From Candidatus Falkowbacteria bacterium (GTDB taxonomy: Bacteria > Patescibacteriota > Patescibacteriia > Patescibacteriales > UBA12465): 64,000 nucleotides of DNA. Below are positions 55,287 through 63,928 of the stretch, piece by piece. The notes under the pieces were generated by a model. The model saw only the letters and a list, made by a program, of their open reading frames with translations, had not been told where the DNA came from and made no database searches. The stretch is from the NCBI GenBank assembly GCA_037134915.1, contig JBAXLJ010000001.1, forward strand, positions 165,484 to 229,483, read 5' to 3'. The stretch's first letter is position 1. Every line of letters starts with the position of its first letter. The position numbers and the translations under genes are program-made.

Positions 55287-55769
55287 ATGAAAAACATTAA
55301 AGAGAAAAAACGTCGTTCTGATATTATCTTTGGCATTATACTAGCCTCCACTCTTGGAGTCCTTTTAACCCTGTTTTCAAATTTGTATTATGATGTTGTT
55401 ATAACAAAAATAGTAAAACCGAATGAAGTGGATTGGAACCACATATTTATTTGGTTTTTTATTCTTTTAGCAACTTGGGGTTTTATTAGTTTTTTTGTTT
55501 ATGATTATGAGAATGAGTTTAAAATGAATATTAGTTTTTGGAAAAGATTTACAGATTACTTTTTTAATTCCTTTAGACCAATGCGAATCCTACGTTTTTT
55601 AGCTGGTGTTTATTTAATGATTTTTTCAGTACTGTTAATCTTTGTGTCAGCTGTAATTATATTTTCAATACTAGAAAAAATAAATATTATTTTAGCAATT
55701 GTTGCGATGTTGGGCTGGCTTATATGGATGTTAATATTGGCATATCGAAAAATATTTAAAACCAAATAG
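55287..55769 (+). CDS. Four-TM membrane protein (hypothetical)
   Basis: Four hydrophobic helices. The start lies 8 nt after the ATPase stop. Confidence 0.6.
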   Translation: MKNIKEKKRRSDIIFGIILASTLGVLLTLFSNLYYDVVITKIVKPNEVDWNHIFIWFFILLATWGFISFFVYDYENEFKMNISFWKRFTDYFFNSFRPMRILRFLAGVYLMIFSVLLIFVSAVIIFSILEKINIILAIVAMLGWLIWMLILAYRKIFKTK

Positions 55770-55780
55770 CTTAAGATAAA

Positions 55781-55996
55781 ATGTTTAATAAAAAAACTTT
55801 AGAATTTCATATTAAATCCGATGATTATTTTGGTACTATAGCTGCTATTCTTAGTTTGTTGAACCAAGGAGTTATTGATAATAAAAATAGGAATCAAATT
55901 TTAAATGAGAAAGTTGAAGAACTAGTATATCTTCAAAAGAATTATAAAATTATAAAAAAGGATGGATCTAAATCAAGCAATAAAGAACATAGATAG
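55781..55996 (+). CDS. Small hypothetical protein (71 aa)
   Basis: A short ORF packed tightly in the cassette. It overlaps the next ORF by 35 nt. Confidence 0.4.
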   Translation: MFNKKTLEFHIKSDDYFGTIAAILSLLNQGVIDNKNRNQILNEKVEELVYLQKNYKIIKKDGSKSSNKEHR

Positions 55997-56627
55997 ATCT
56001 ATAATTAAAAGAAATCCCCAATCATTCCACCCTAATTGGATAAAATATCGATGTAAAGTCTCCTATAAGTATATTGTTGATAATATAAAAGATGAATTTA
56101 ATCAAACGGATTGGGATTTGGTCATTTCTCAACTTCAAAGATACAACCAGAGATTGTGGTTAAAAAATAATAATAGAACAAGAACCCCGGTGGTTTTATA
56201 TGAAGACAAAGAAGAATTAGATGTAGTTCTAAATAGGTATCAAGAAAAGTTCTATACTTTTATATCTAGAGAAAATAAAGATGATAAAATAATTTGTGAT
56301 CGGATAAGTATTAAACTTGTTAGACTGTCGCAGAAAGGTAATATATTAGCTAGAGATAAGGTATTGGTACTATTAAGATATTTAGCGGACTATTGGGTCG
56401 AATTTGATAAAAGCTTTTTTAATTGGAAAGGGTATAATGATCTTGTAGATAGTCATATTAGCGCTTGCACTAGACGCTTCCGTTACGCTGGTTCATTTAT
56501 TGGATACTTATATAGAACACTTGAGTATTCAGGGAGAGGGTTAGTACCGTTAGAGAAATTTTCTCTAGACGATTACATATTAGATAGTAAAAAAAGAGTT
56601 ATTGATAAATTAGTTATTAGTAAATAG
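55962..56627 (+). CDS. Hypothetical protein with weak sigma-70 region-2-like segment
   Basis: LARDKVLVLLRYLADYWVEF…NDLVDSHISACTRRFRYAGSFIGYLYRTLEY loosely resembles sigma region 2.1-2.4. No region 4 HTH is present. Confidence 0.5.
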   Translation: MDLNQAIKNIDRSIIKRNPQSFHPNWIKYRCKVSYKYIVDNIKDEFNQTDWDLVISQLQRYNQRLWLKNNNRTRTPVVLYEDKEELDVVLNRYQEKFYTFISRENKDDKIICDRISIKLVRLSQKGNILARDKVLVLLRYLADYWVEFDKSFFNWKGYNDLVDSHISACTRRFRYAGSFIGYLYRTLEYSGRGLVPLEKFSLDDYILDSKKRVIDKLVISK

Positions 56628-56644
56628 ACCATATAATTAAATCT

Positions 56645-57883
56645 ATGACTGCTGAAACCATTACAAATTACACTTTATTAGCAACAATAGCCGTCGCAGT
56701 AATTGGATGGATAGTTGCCATTGTTTTACAAAGAAAAAATCTTAAAGATCAACATAAAATTCAAATTAAATATGATATCTATAAACAATTAGTTCAGGCA
56801 AAAAGTGATATACAGGAGCCCCTCAATAGGCTTGGCACAAGTGTCGTTACCCCGTTTATTTTAATGGACTCAAGCATGATCCCATTTACACATAAGTTAA
56901 AAAAACAGTATAAAGATATCTGGGTTGACTACACTGAATCAGAGTGTTTAATTGATGGAGAACAAAAATGGAACAGTTATGTAAGTGAGATAAAAAAATC
57001 AGCTTCAGAATTTATAGGAGAATATATAAAACTAATGGGTATTTTTGAAAATTGGGAATCAGCTTTATCCGAGTTAATTCAAGTTAGAAATATTTTGTTT
57101 GCCGAAATAAATAGACTGAAGAAAGATATTGATAATCAAGCGGATTTTTTCCAAATGTATTCTATAGAAAAGGGGCATGATTGGAGAACATGGGACAAAG
57201 AGGATCTTATTAAGAGAGCCGAGAATATTCGAGATGCTTCTTCTGAAATTGGAAGTTATTTTAATGATTTTATGGTTCTTGTTAACAACAAACTCATGGC
57301 ACAATATTTTGGACATTATAGAGAATTGAGAAAGCCTCTTGACCCAAAATATAAAGTTTTAACTTTAAAGGGGTTGGTTGAGAATGTTGATAAAGAAAAA
57401 GTTGAAGAGATGAAGGTAAATAAAGAAAAATTAATAGCACTTGCTCAGAAAAATCTAGACAAGTCATTGCAACCAAATGGGAATATCGCACCAGATTACG
57501 AATCTTTTTTGCGTTCTGTTATAAGCGGGATATGCCCTGTATGCAATAATCCAATAGAAGTTTATTCAATGGAGTTAAATGATAATAATTTTTGTTTCAA
57601 TTATCTCTGTGGTCATAGCTGGAAAGGGTTTACGTTTAACGAGACATTAATGATTAGTGAATTAATAAAAACTAAAACAAAAAGATTTGGATTTGGCTGG
57701 CTTAGAAAAACCGTTCAGGGATGGAAGCCTAGCGGCGATCTAAAATTAAAAAAAGGAGTAGATGTTTATATGGATGCAAACAGAGAAGCTAATGAATACC
57801 ACCATGTAGTGAGTAACCATGAAACAAAAGACGTCATACATGAAGAGCATGAGCTATTAACTGAACATAAGCCACATTCCTAG
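56645..57883 (+). CDS. Membrane-anchored protein with C-terminal zinc-ribbon-like motif (hypothetical)
   Basis: An N-terminal TM helix (LLATIAVAVIGWIVAIVL), a helical middle region and CPVCNNP…CGHSW. Confidence 0.6.
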   Translation: MTAETITNYTLLATIAVAVIGWIVAIVLQRKNLKDQHKIQIKYDIYKQLVQAKSDIQEPLNRLGTSVVTPFILMDSSMIPFTHKLKKQYKDIWVDYTESECLIDGEQKWNSYVSEIKKSASEFIGEYIKLMGIFENWESALSELIQVRNILFAEINRLKKDIDNQADFFQMYSIEKGHDWRTWDKEDLIKRAENIRDASSEIGSYFNDFMVLVNNKLMAQYFGHYRELRKPLDPKYKVLTLKGLVENVDKEKVEEMKVNKEKLIALAQKNLDKSLQPNGNIAPDYESFLRSVISGICPVCNNPIEVYSMELNDNNFCFNYLCGHSWKGFTFNETLMISELIKTKTKRFGFGWLRKTVQGWKPSGDLKLKKGVDVYMDANREANEYHHVVSNHETKDVIHEEHELLTEHKPHS

Positions 57884-58058
57884 AGTGATTATCATAATAT
57901 TTGTCAATTATTAGCCAAAATATTCAATAAACCCTTGTAACCCGCTAAAAGCTCTATAGTGTCTCATTTGTCTCATTTACCCGACCCACTTACTTATTTT
58001 AAGTTCAAGAAAAGACTCTAAAAAGCCCTTATAAACCTCGCTAATGGTGGTACTTAAC

Positions 58059-59546
58059 CTAGTTAGCCCGCAGATTGTCAATATCACTGTTGACGCAACA
58101 ATTAGCTAGGGTTTCAAAGGGTTCTTTGAAACTAACCTTAGCTAATTTTTTGTTGTCTATGGTTGAGTTCCAAAGTATCTTAGAGAGCATTTTTCTTTTG
58201 TCATCTAAACTAACTTGAAAAAATGATTTTTTCATCTTTTTAGGGCTTAAAAAGAACTCTTTGGTAAGTTCCAAGTCTTTTTCTGTCAGGGTAACTTCTT
58301 GCTCATTTTCTAAATTTTCAATTGCCTTTTTATAGTTTATAATTTCATTTTTAATCACTAATTCTTTAGTTTCAAATTCTTCTTTAGAGATAGATTTATC
58401 AAGGAGTAGGTTAAAGAGTTCGTCTTTTCTGTTTTCAAATCTCTTGAGGTCGTTTAGCAGGTTAGACTTGGCTTCTAGATACTCACGAGCGTCCGGGTTA
58501 TTATGAATTAAAAGCTCTTTAGTATTATCATACATTTCTTCAACTAAATCTTCCGAAACAACTAGTCGATCAAAGACACCGGCTAAAACATTTATCACTT
58601 CTTCCTCTTTTAAATAATGATTATGCTCACTACATCCGCCGCGACTATTAGTGCAGTAATAATAAACATACTTCTTCTTTTTTCGAGAGGCTGTTAACAA
58701 GCAACCACATTTTTCACACGACATCAGCCCTCTAAAAGGAAAATAGGGCTGTTTCTGTTTAGGGTGTTGTTTATTAATCATTACTTCCTGACAATCTTTA
58801 AATAGTTTTTGGGTAATTAATTTTTCGTGAGTACCCACATATTCTTTTTCGTGAAATTGCATAATGCCGCAATAAAAAGAATCTTTAAGTAATTTATAGA
58901 CTTTACTCTTATGATATTTAACGCCGCCTCGACTTCTAAACCCCTCCTCATACATCAAATTAGCTAGCTCTTTCATTGTATAGTTACCGGTTGAATATAA
59001 TTGAAATAACTTTTTAATATATCGAGCTCTTACTTTATCGACGGCTATTCCGCCTTTGCCGTCATTTAAATAACCAATCGGAGCGAAGTTCGGCCATAAA
59101 CCTTTTTCAATCTTAGTCTGTATTCCACGTTTTACGTTCTTACTTAGATCTAAAATATATTGATTAGCCATTGAGCCCTCAATATTTAAGAGCAGCACAT
59201 TATCACTTGGCAAATATTGTCTATCAGATGTTTGAATCGCTTTTATCTTGCCTTGCTGAAGTAACCATTGAATCTTGCCGCTATCAATCGGGTTGCGACT
59301 TAATCTATCTATTTTCCAGCACAATATTCCGTAGTCTAAATTCGTATCTTCTAAAAGCCTCATCATCTCTAAAAACAATGGGCGATTGTTTGGCAGCTTG
59401 GCCGACTTGCTTTCGGTATAGACCATTTCAATATCTAGTCCTAAACTGGTGGCCAGCTTTTTCATCTCACCGACTTGGCTCTCAAGTGAGAGAATTTGTT
59501 TACTTTTGTCTTCGCTAGACTTACGAGCATAAAGAATGTATTTCAT
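58059..59546 (-). CDS. Large serine recombinase (second copy, divergent from the first)
   Basis: N-terminus MKYILYARKSSEDKSKQILSLESQ, …DRLSRN…, a recombinase domain, Cys cluster CEKCGC…YYYC and a coiled-coil C-terminus. Confidence 0.85.
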   Translation of the reverse strand: MKYILYARKSSEDKSKQILSLESQVGEMKKLATSLGLDIEMVYTESKSAKLPNNRPLFLEMMRLLEDTNLDYGILCWKIDRLSRNPIDSGKIQWLLQQGKIKAIQTSDRQYLPSDNVLLLNIEGSMANQYILDLSKNVKRGIQTKIEKGLWPNFAPIGYLNDGKGGIAVDKVRARYIKKLFQLYSTGNYTMKELANLMYEEGFRSRGGVKYHKSKVYKLLKDSFYCGIMQFHEKEYVGTHEKLITQKLFKDCQEVMINKQHPKQKQPYFPFRGLMSCEKCGCLLTASRKKKKYVYYYCTNSRGGCSEHNHYLKEEEVINVLAGVFDRLVVSEDLVEEMYDNTKELLIHNNPDAREYLEAKSNLLNDLKRFENRKDELFNLLLDKSISKEEFETKELVIKNEIINYKKAIENLENEQEVTLTEKDLELTKEFFLSPKKMKKSFFQVSLDDKRKMLSKILWNSTIDNKKLAKVSFKEPFETLANCCVNSDIDNLRAN

Positions 59547-59663
59547 ATTATTTTAGCTAAATTTATTAATTAGTTTAAATTGTTGTGTGATTAAAACGTC
59601 CCGGTGTGTGCGTATAGTCAAGTTAATATATATAGAGGGGACGTCTTGTCTAAAATCTCATTT

Positions 59664-59731
59664 ACCGGCCATTTTCTTTTTTCGGCTCCCCGCAGGGATC
59701 CGCCAAAAAAAGAAAAACAACGGCGGCCGGT
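59664..59731 (-). promoter_or_regulatory. Long imperfect hairpin / dyad-symmetric site upstream of the second recombinase gene
   Basis: Outer stem ACCGGCC/GGCCGGT, an 11-bp U/A-rich stem, GGC/GCC, and an apical UCCC-CGCA-GGGA. The single C·A mismatch on the plus strand becomes G·U on the minus strand. That is weakly consistent with a minus-strand RNA (the recombinase 5' leader). Confidence 0.4.
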
Positions 59732-59914
59732 CCATCTGCAATCAACATAACAAAGGGGAATTAAGAAAAGTTATTGGCCGTTTTTCTTAACTCTTTAAAT
59801 CAGTAAGTTTTGTTGGTTTTTAATGCGAAAATTTACTTAATATTGGAGTTTTTTATTATTGCTTAGAAAATGTTTTAGAGGTAATATTAAGTCATAAGTA
59901 ATATTAGTAAAATT

Positions 59915-60199
59915 ATGAAAAAAATTGCTGTTAAATATTTTGTTTTGCTGTTTGTAGTTATCTCATTATCAGCTTGTTCAGGCGAAAAAACTTGGACTGG
60001 TTATTATTATCCAGACAAAGACAACATAGGAAATGAAAATACTTGGGTTATTCAACCGGGTTTTGAAACTATAGATTATTGTAGAGATTGGGTTGATAGT
60101 GTTGCTAAAGATAACCAGAATTATGACTATGAGTGCGGTTATAATTGTACGTATAGGCAGGAATACAAAATGAATGTTTGTGAGAAAACAGAAAAATAA
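59915..60199 (+). CDS. Small lipoprotein
   Basis: Signal peptide with a lipobox (VVISLSAC|SGE). The mature part is Cys-rich. Confidence 0.6.
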   Translation: MKKIAVKYFVLLFVVISLSACSGEKTWTGYYYPDKDNIGNENTWVIQPGFETIDYCRDWVDSVAKDNQNYDYECGYNCTYRQEYKMNVCEKTEK

Positions 60200-60216
60200 A
60201 TAAATAATTTAAATAT

Positions 60217-60756
60217 ATGAAAAATTTTATAATTTTATTAAGTATTATTATTACGTTTTGTTTAATTCAGTTATTCTTGGGGTCTGATTCGGTTTTACGT
60301 ATAGCGGCAGCCTTTTCAATGTCGTCTATTGCATTTGGTATTTGGCTTTCACTAGAGGCTCATAGTTTAAAAACAAAATCAGAAAAAGCAGAAATAGATA
60401 TAAAACTAATGAGTTTATTTACTAAAATAATGGGCACTGCTCATGGACGAGGCGGATATTATTCTTCTGAGAAAACAATTGAAAAAGCATTTGATTGCGG
60501 GTTGTTTGGAGAAGGTAGTGTCGCTGATAAAAGTAAAATAGAGGATTTTACTATATTAAATAAAAAGATTTCAGCTATATCAGTTTTAACTATCCCAGTT
60601 GGAGCCGCGGAACAAGACGCAGCTATTGCAGCTATTGGTAAATTAGCGGAAAGACATGAGGTTTTAAGAGATGTTGCTATTGAGGGTTTGCAATCTCTAA
60701 ATAATTTTAAATCCGATGTAGCTAATAAATATTTAGAAAAGTTAATTAAAAAATAA
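60217..60756 (+). CDS. Membrane protein (hypothetical)
   Basis: Two N-terminal TM helices and a soluble C-terminus. Confidence 0.55.
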   Translation: MKNFIILLSIIITFCLIQLFLGSDSVLRIAAAFSMSSIAFGIWLSLEAHSLKTKSEKAEIDIKLMSLFTKIMGTAHGRGGYYSSEKTIEKAFDCGLFGEGSVADKSKIEDFTILNKKISAISVLTIPVGAAEQDAAIAAIGKLAERHEVLRDVAIEGLQSLNNFKSDVANKYLEKLIKK

Positions 60757-60817
60757 TGTCATGCCAATTTTTCAATCTTAAATAGTGGGGTAAATAATAT
60801 TTTTTTAGACTAAATTT

Positions 60818-61738
60818 ATGGAAGACTTAAAATATAAATCGAACGAGGAGTTGATGGAAATAATGCGTAACAGCATTGATAATTCTTATGTTCCATCTTC
60901 AATTTATAATAAAGCGAAATTAGAATTGGAATTTAGAGTTCTTAATCGTAAAGAAAGTGGTAAATCTGACACAGATGGCTTGGCGCAAAAATTAATTGAT
61001 ATTCAACACCAAATAGATAAATTAATAGATCTCGATAGGAAGGGGCTACTTGAAAGAAAAGAGCTTTATGAATTTAGGGATAAAATTGAAATTGAGATAA
61101 GAAGTTTTATTGATAAATATGATGATGAAACTCAAAGACATTTTAAAAAAATTACCTCTGGGTTTAAAAATGACCCTAAACCTGGCTTTACAAATATTGG
61201 CGAAGCTGAAAGTTTCTTAAGATACATCATTGATTTTATAGATCAGTCAGTAAAACGTTTAATTGGAAAAGACTTTAGAACTGAAGCATATATTTCTGCC
61301 GGTCGTCCTTTTGATGGAAGAAAACAACTAGAAAATGTATTTGAAACTGCGCAGAAAGAAATTTTTATAGTTGATAACTATTTACAGAAAAATATATTAT
61401 CAATTCTTGCTGGTATTATGGAAAATAGACAGAAGTTTACGCTCAAGTTTCTGATAGGAAATAAAAATAAGTCCAAATTTGATGGTTTTATTGCGGATCT
61501 CCCGGATTTCTCAAAGCAATATCCTTTAGTAAAGATTGAGTGCAGACAACATGATGACCTGCATGATCGTTTTATAATTATCGATGAAAACTTTCTTTAT
61601 GCGGTTGGTAGTAGCCTAGATAGTATTGGAGAGAAAGGAAATTTTATATCAATGGTTCGTGATGAAAAATCAAAAATAGACCACACTTCTGACACAACTT
61701 CCTTGTGGAACACTGGTATAGAAATGTTCAAAAATTAA
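60818..61738 (+). CDS. Hypothetical protein with C-terminal PLD-like (HxK-variant) fold
   Basis: The C-terminus KEIFIVDNYL…LHDRFIIIDENFLYAVGSSLDSIGEKGNF resembles a phospholipase-D/nuclease repeat. H-D-R replaces the H-x-K core. Confidence 0.45.
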   Translation: MEDLKYKSNEELMEIMRNSIDNSYVPSSIYNKAKLELEFRVLNRKESGKSDTDGLAQKLIDIQHQIDKLIDLDRKGLLERKELYEFRDKIEIEIRSFIDKYDDETQRHFKKITSGFKNDPKPGFTNIGEAESFLRYIIDFIDQSVKRLIGKDFRTEAYISAGRPFDGRKQLENVFETAQKEIFIVDNYLQKNILSILAGIMENRQKFTLKFLIGNKNKSKFDGFIADLPDFSKQYPLVKIECRQHDDLHDRFIIIDENFLYAVGSSLDSIGEKGNFISMVRDEKSKIDHTSDTTSLWNTGIEMFKN

Positions 61739-61800
61739 CAACAAAATTACGAGCCAACAAAGGATACAGATAAATCTCAGTTATATTAATTATTAATGAA

Positions 61801-61870
61801 CTTCCTTCCAATATGGTACCAAGCTCTCCGCAATCACATTAAACAAGGTTAAAACCTTGTTTTTTGGTGC
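61801..61870 (+). repeat. Cassette-end repeat copy E (CTCTCCGCA box plus terminator hairpin)
   Basis: cttccaa-tatgg-tacc-aagctctccgca, then 9 nt, then the aacaaggtt-aaa-aaccttgtt hairpin and TTTTTGGTG. Confidence 0.4.
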
Positions 61871-62024
61871 CTTTTTTAAGTTTTTCAGTTCGAACTTGGT
61901 GTAGGGAGTGCGGGACGAGTTTTAATAAAAATGCTTGTTTATATTTATTTTTAGTCAAAATTATCCAGTTCGAACCTATTTTTTCGATGTTGATTTTTAT
62001 AACTATCTCTATTATAATTTGAGT

Positions 62025-62501
62025 ATGGAAAATATAAATTTAGAAAAATTAGATAAAAAATTTGAATTGATTTCTAAATTAAGTCAGATTTTGAATGAGA
62101 ATATAGATAAACGTGTCGTTGTTGTGGGGACTACGTGTACGGGGAAAACCACTTTTTTAAAAAATATCGAAAATGCTCACGATATGGATGAACTGGTTTT
62201 TCCTCAATTAACCAAAGAAGAGCATGATTATGTTTGTTCCCATCCTTGGACTCCGGAAATTGGGAGTAAAATGATTAGCCTAACAAAAGAGAAGGTTAAA
62301 ATTGGGCCAGGAAATCCAGTTTTTGGCACAATAGTTTTAGAAAGTGATTTAATTGTATATTTGCAAATTAGCGATGAACTCTTGAAACAACGTACGGAGT
62401 TAAGAGGTGCAAATTTTGAGGATGCTAAAAACATGCAAAAACAGATTGAAGAAGAAATTATTAAATCAAATATACCGGTGTTAAATTTTTTTATCGGTTA
62501 A
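62025..62501 (+). CDS. P-loop NTPase / small kinase-like protein
   Basis: Walker A VVVGTTCTGKTT. I chose ATG 62025 (MENINLEK); the ORF track starts at 61935. Confidence 0.6.
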   Translation: MENINLEKLDKKFELISKLSQILNENIDKRVVVVGTTCTGKTTFLKNIENAHDMDELVFPQLTKEEHDYVCSHPWTPEIGSKMISLTKEKVKIGPGNPVFGTIVLESDLIVYLQISDELLKQRTELRGANFEDAKNMQKQIEEEIIKSNIPVLNFFIG

Positions 62502-62506
62502 AATTT

Positions 62507-63049
62507 ATGGTAACAATTATTTTTGAATCACACAGCACGACAATTGATAACGAAAATCATTTATCTTCCGGCTGGAATGATATCGAGCTTTCGGAATTGG
62601 GGAATAGACAATCAGTTGAACTCGGAGAGCGCTACCAAGATGAAAAATTTGATGCGATTTTTTGTTCTGATTTAAAACGTTCTTATAATACCGCTGAAAT
62701 CGCCTTCGCAGATAGAGATTTTAAGATTATTAAAGATGCCCGGCTCAGAGAATGTAATTATGGAGATTTAACTCAACACCCAAGTGCTGAAGTAGATTTA
62801 GAGAAACCAAGGCGAATTTCCGAACCATTTCCAAATGGCGAAAGTTATGAAGATACAGCTAAGAGAATGGGCAATTTTTTAAACGATCTATTGAAAGACT
62901 ACGATGGTAAAAAAGTTATGGTTATTGGTAGCAGGGCTACTCAGTACGGCTTAGAGCATCATATTAAAAATGTATCGGTAAAAGATGCCGTAACTGCTCC
63001 CTGGAAATGGCAACCAGGATGGACTTATATTTTAAATCAGATAAACTAG
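62507..63049 (+). CDS. Histidine phosphatase superfamily (phosphoglycerate-mutase-like) protein
   Basis: The N-terminus IIFESHSTTIDN (a catalytic His where RHG normally sits), …CSDLKRSYNTAE… and a downstream His (GLEHH). Confidence 0.7.
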   Translation: MVTIIFESHSTTIDNENHLSSGWNDIELSELGNRQSVELGERYQDEKFDAIFCSDLKRSYNTAEIAFADRDFKIIKDARLRECNYGDLTQHPSAEVDLEKPRRISEPFPNGESYEDTAKRMGNFLNDLLKDYDGKKVMVIGSRATQYGLEHHIKNVSVKDAVTAPWKWQPGWTYILNQIN

Positions 63050-63082
63050 TAATTTGTTAATTTTCATTGGCGTTTTCCAAAA

Positions 63083-63152
63083 CTCCAGTTCGAACAAAGT
63101 CCCTTACTCCCCGCATTAACAAAAATAAGCTAGTAATAGCTTATTTTTTGTT
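63083..63152 (+). repeat. Cassette-end repeat copy C (tRNA-3'-end-like box plus terminator hairpin)
   Basis: ctccagttcgaac-aaag-tccc-ttactccccgca, then the ataagcta-gtaa-tagcttat hairpin and TTTTTTGTTG. Confidence 0.4.
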
Positions 63153-63397
63153 GGATAGAGTAAGCAAAAATATTGCCAAATATCAGTATATTTTAGCTAA
63201 TATTTATATAAATAGTAGCTGTTCCAAAGTAAGATATTTTATCTACTAATTGACATATTTAATAAAATATTTTAGTATTTAATCATTAAAATAGAACATT
63301 CATAAATAAGATTAGATTTGATTAATTACCAAGTTCATCTAAAAATGGTGTATTTAGTAATTAATCAAATTATTATTAATCTTTAAAAAATATAAAA

Positions 63398-63847
63398 ATG
63401 GAAACAATTATCTTTTCTGATTCTTATTTAATGTTTCAGGCTAATCAATTAGCCAAAAAACCTCGACGGTTAAAAATAGCAAATTATGTCGACTTAGTTT
63501 TACTGTTTTTCTTTGTAGCCTATGTGTTAATGTTTGGACAATTTTATTGTAGTGGTTATGTAACGTATAACGTTGCATCTCAATTCTGTGTCGCCGGTAT
63601 GTTATGCTTTGGTATTTTTTCATGTATTGCTCATTATTTTCCTTACTGGGTGAATGTTGAAAAAAATGAAATCAATCAGGCTATTGAAACTATCTTTTTA
63701 AATAAAGAAGCTTCACTTAAAGAAGAAATTGCAGAAGCCAAAAAAGAAGTCCGTTATGCGAAAAATAACCTTAAAGATGAAAAAAGAAAACTGTCTTTGG
63801 CTAATGAAGCTTTGAAACAGCTTTATAAAACCAAAGAATTAAAGTAG
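63398..63847 (+). CDS. Membrane protein with C-terminal coiled coil (hypothetical)
   Basis: Two or three TM helices, then a KE-rich helix (KEEIAEAKKEVRYAKNNLKDEKRKLSLANEALKQL). Confidence 0.5.
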   Translation: METIIFSDSYLMFQANQLAKKPRRLKIANYVDLVLLFFFVAYVLMFGQFYCSGYVTYNVASQFCVAGMLCFGIFSCIAHYFPYWVNVEKNEINQAIETIFLNKEASLKEEIAEAKKEVRYAKNNLKDEKRKLSLANEALKQLYKTKELK

Positions 63848-63928
63848 AATTTTAAATAACCTATTAAAAGCCTGGAATATTGAATAAATCAATAATTCAG
63901 GCTTTTTTATTTAGTATGTTTGTGTATA

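Noticed and set aside
52573-57919. 13-nt direct repeat ATTATTAGCCAAA at 52573-52585 and 57907-57919, bracketing the RloC-like five-gene cassette.
   Set aside because: Exact 13-mers, especially AT-rich ones, are expected by chance many times among all position pairs in 64 kb. Only the placement is suggestive, so I do not count it as evidence of mobility.
59587-59790. 67-aa ORF upstream of the second recombinase.
   Set aside because: It spans the long hairpin and homopolymer A/T stems. Its translation (…FFFRLPAGIRQKKKNNGG…) reflects that structure rather than a protein.
63067-63249. 60-aa ORF after the phosphatase gene.
   Set aside because: It begins inside cassette-end repeat C and reads through its terminator hairpin. 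It has no ribosome-binding site.
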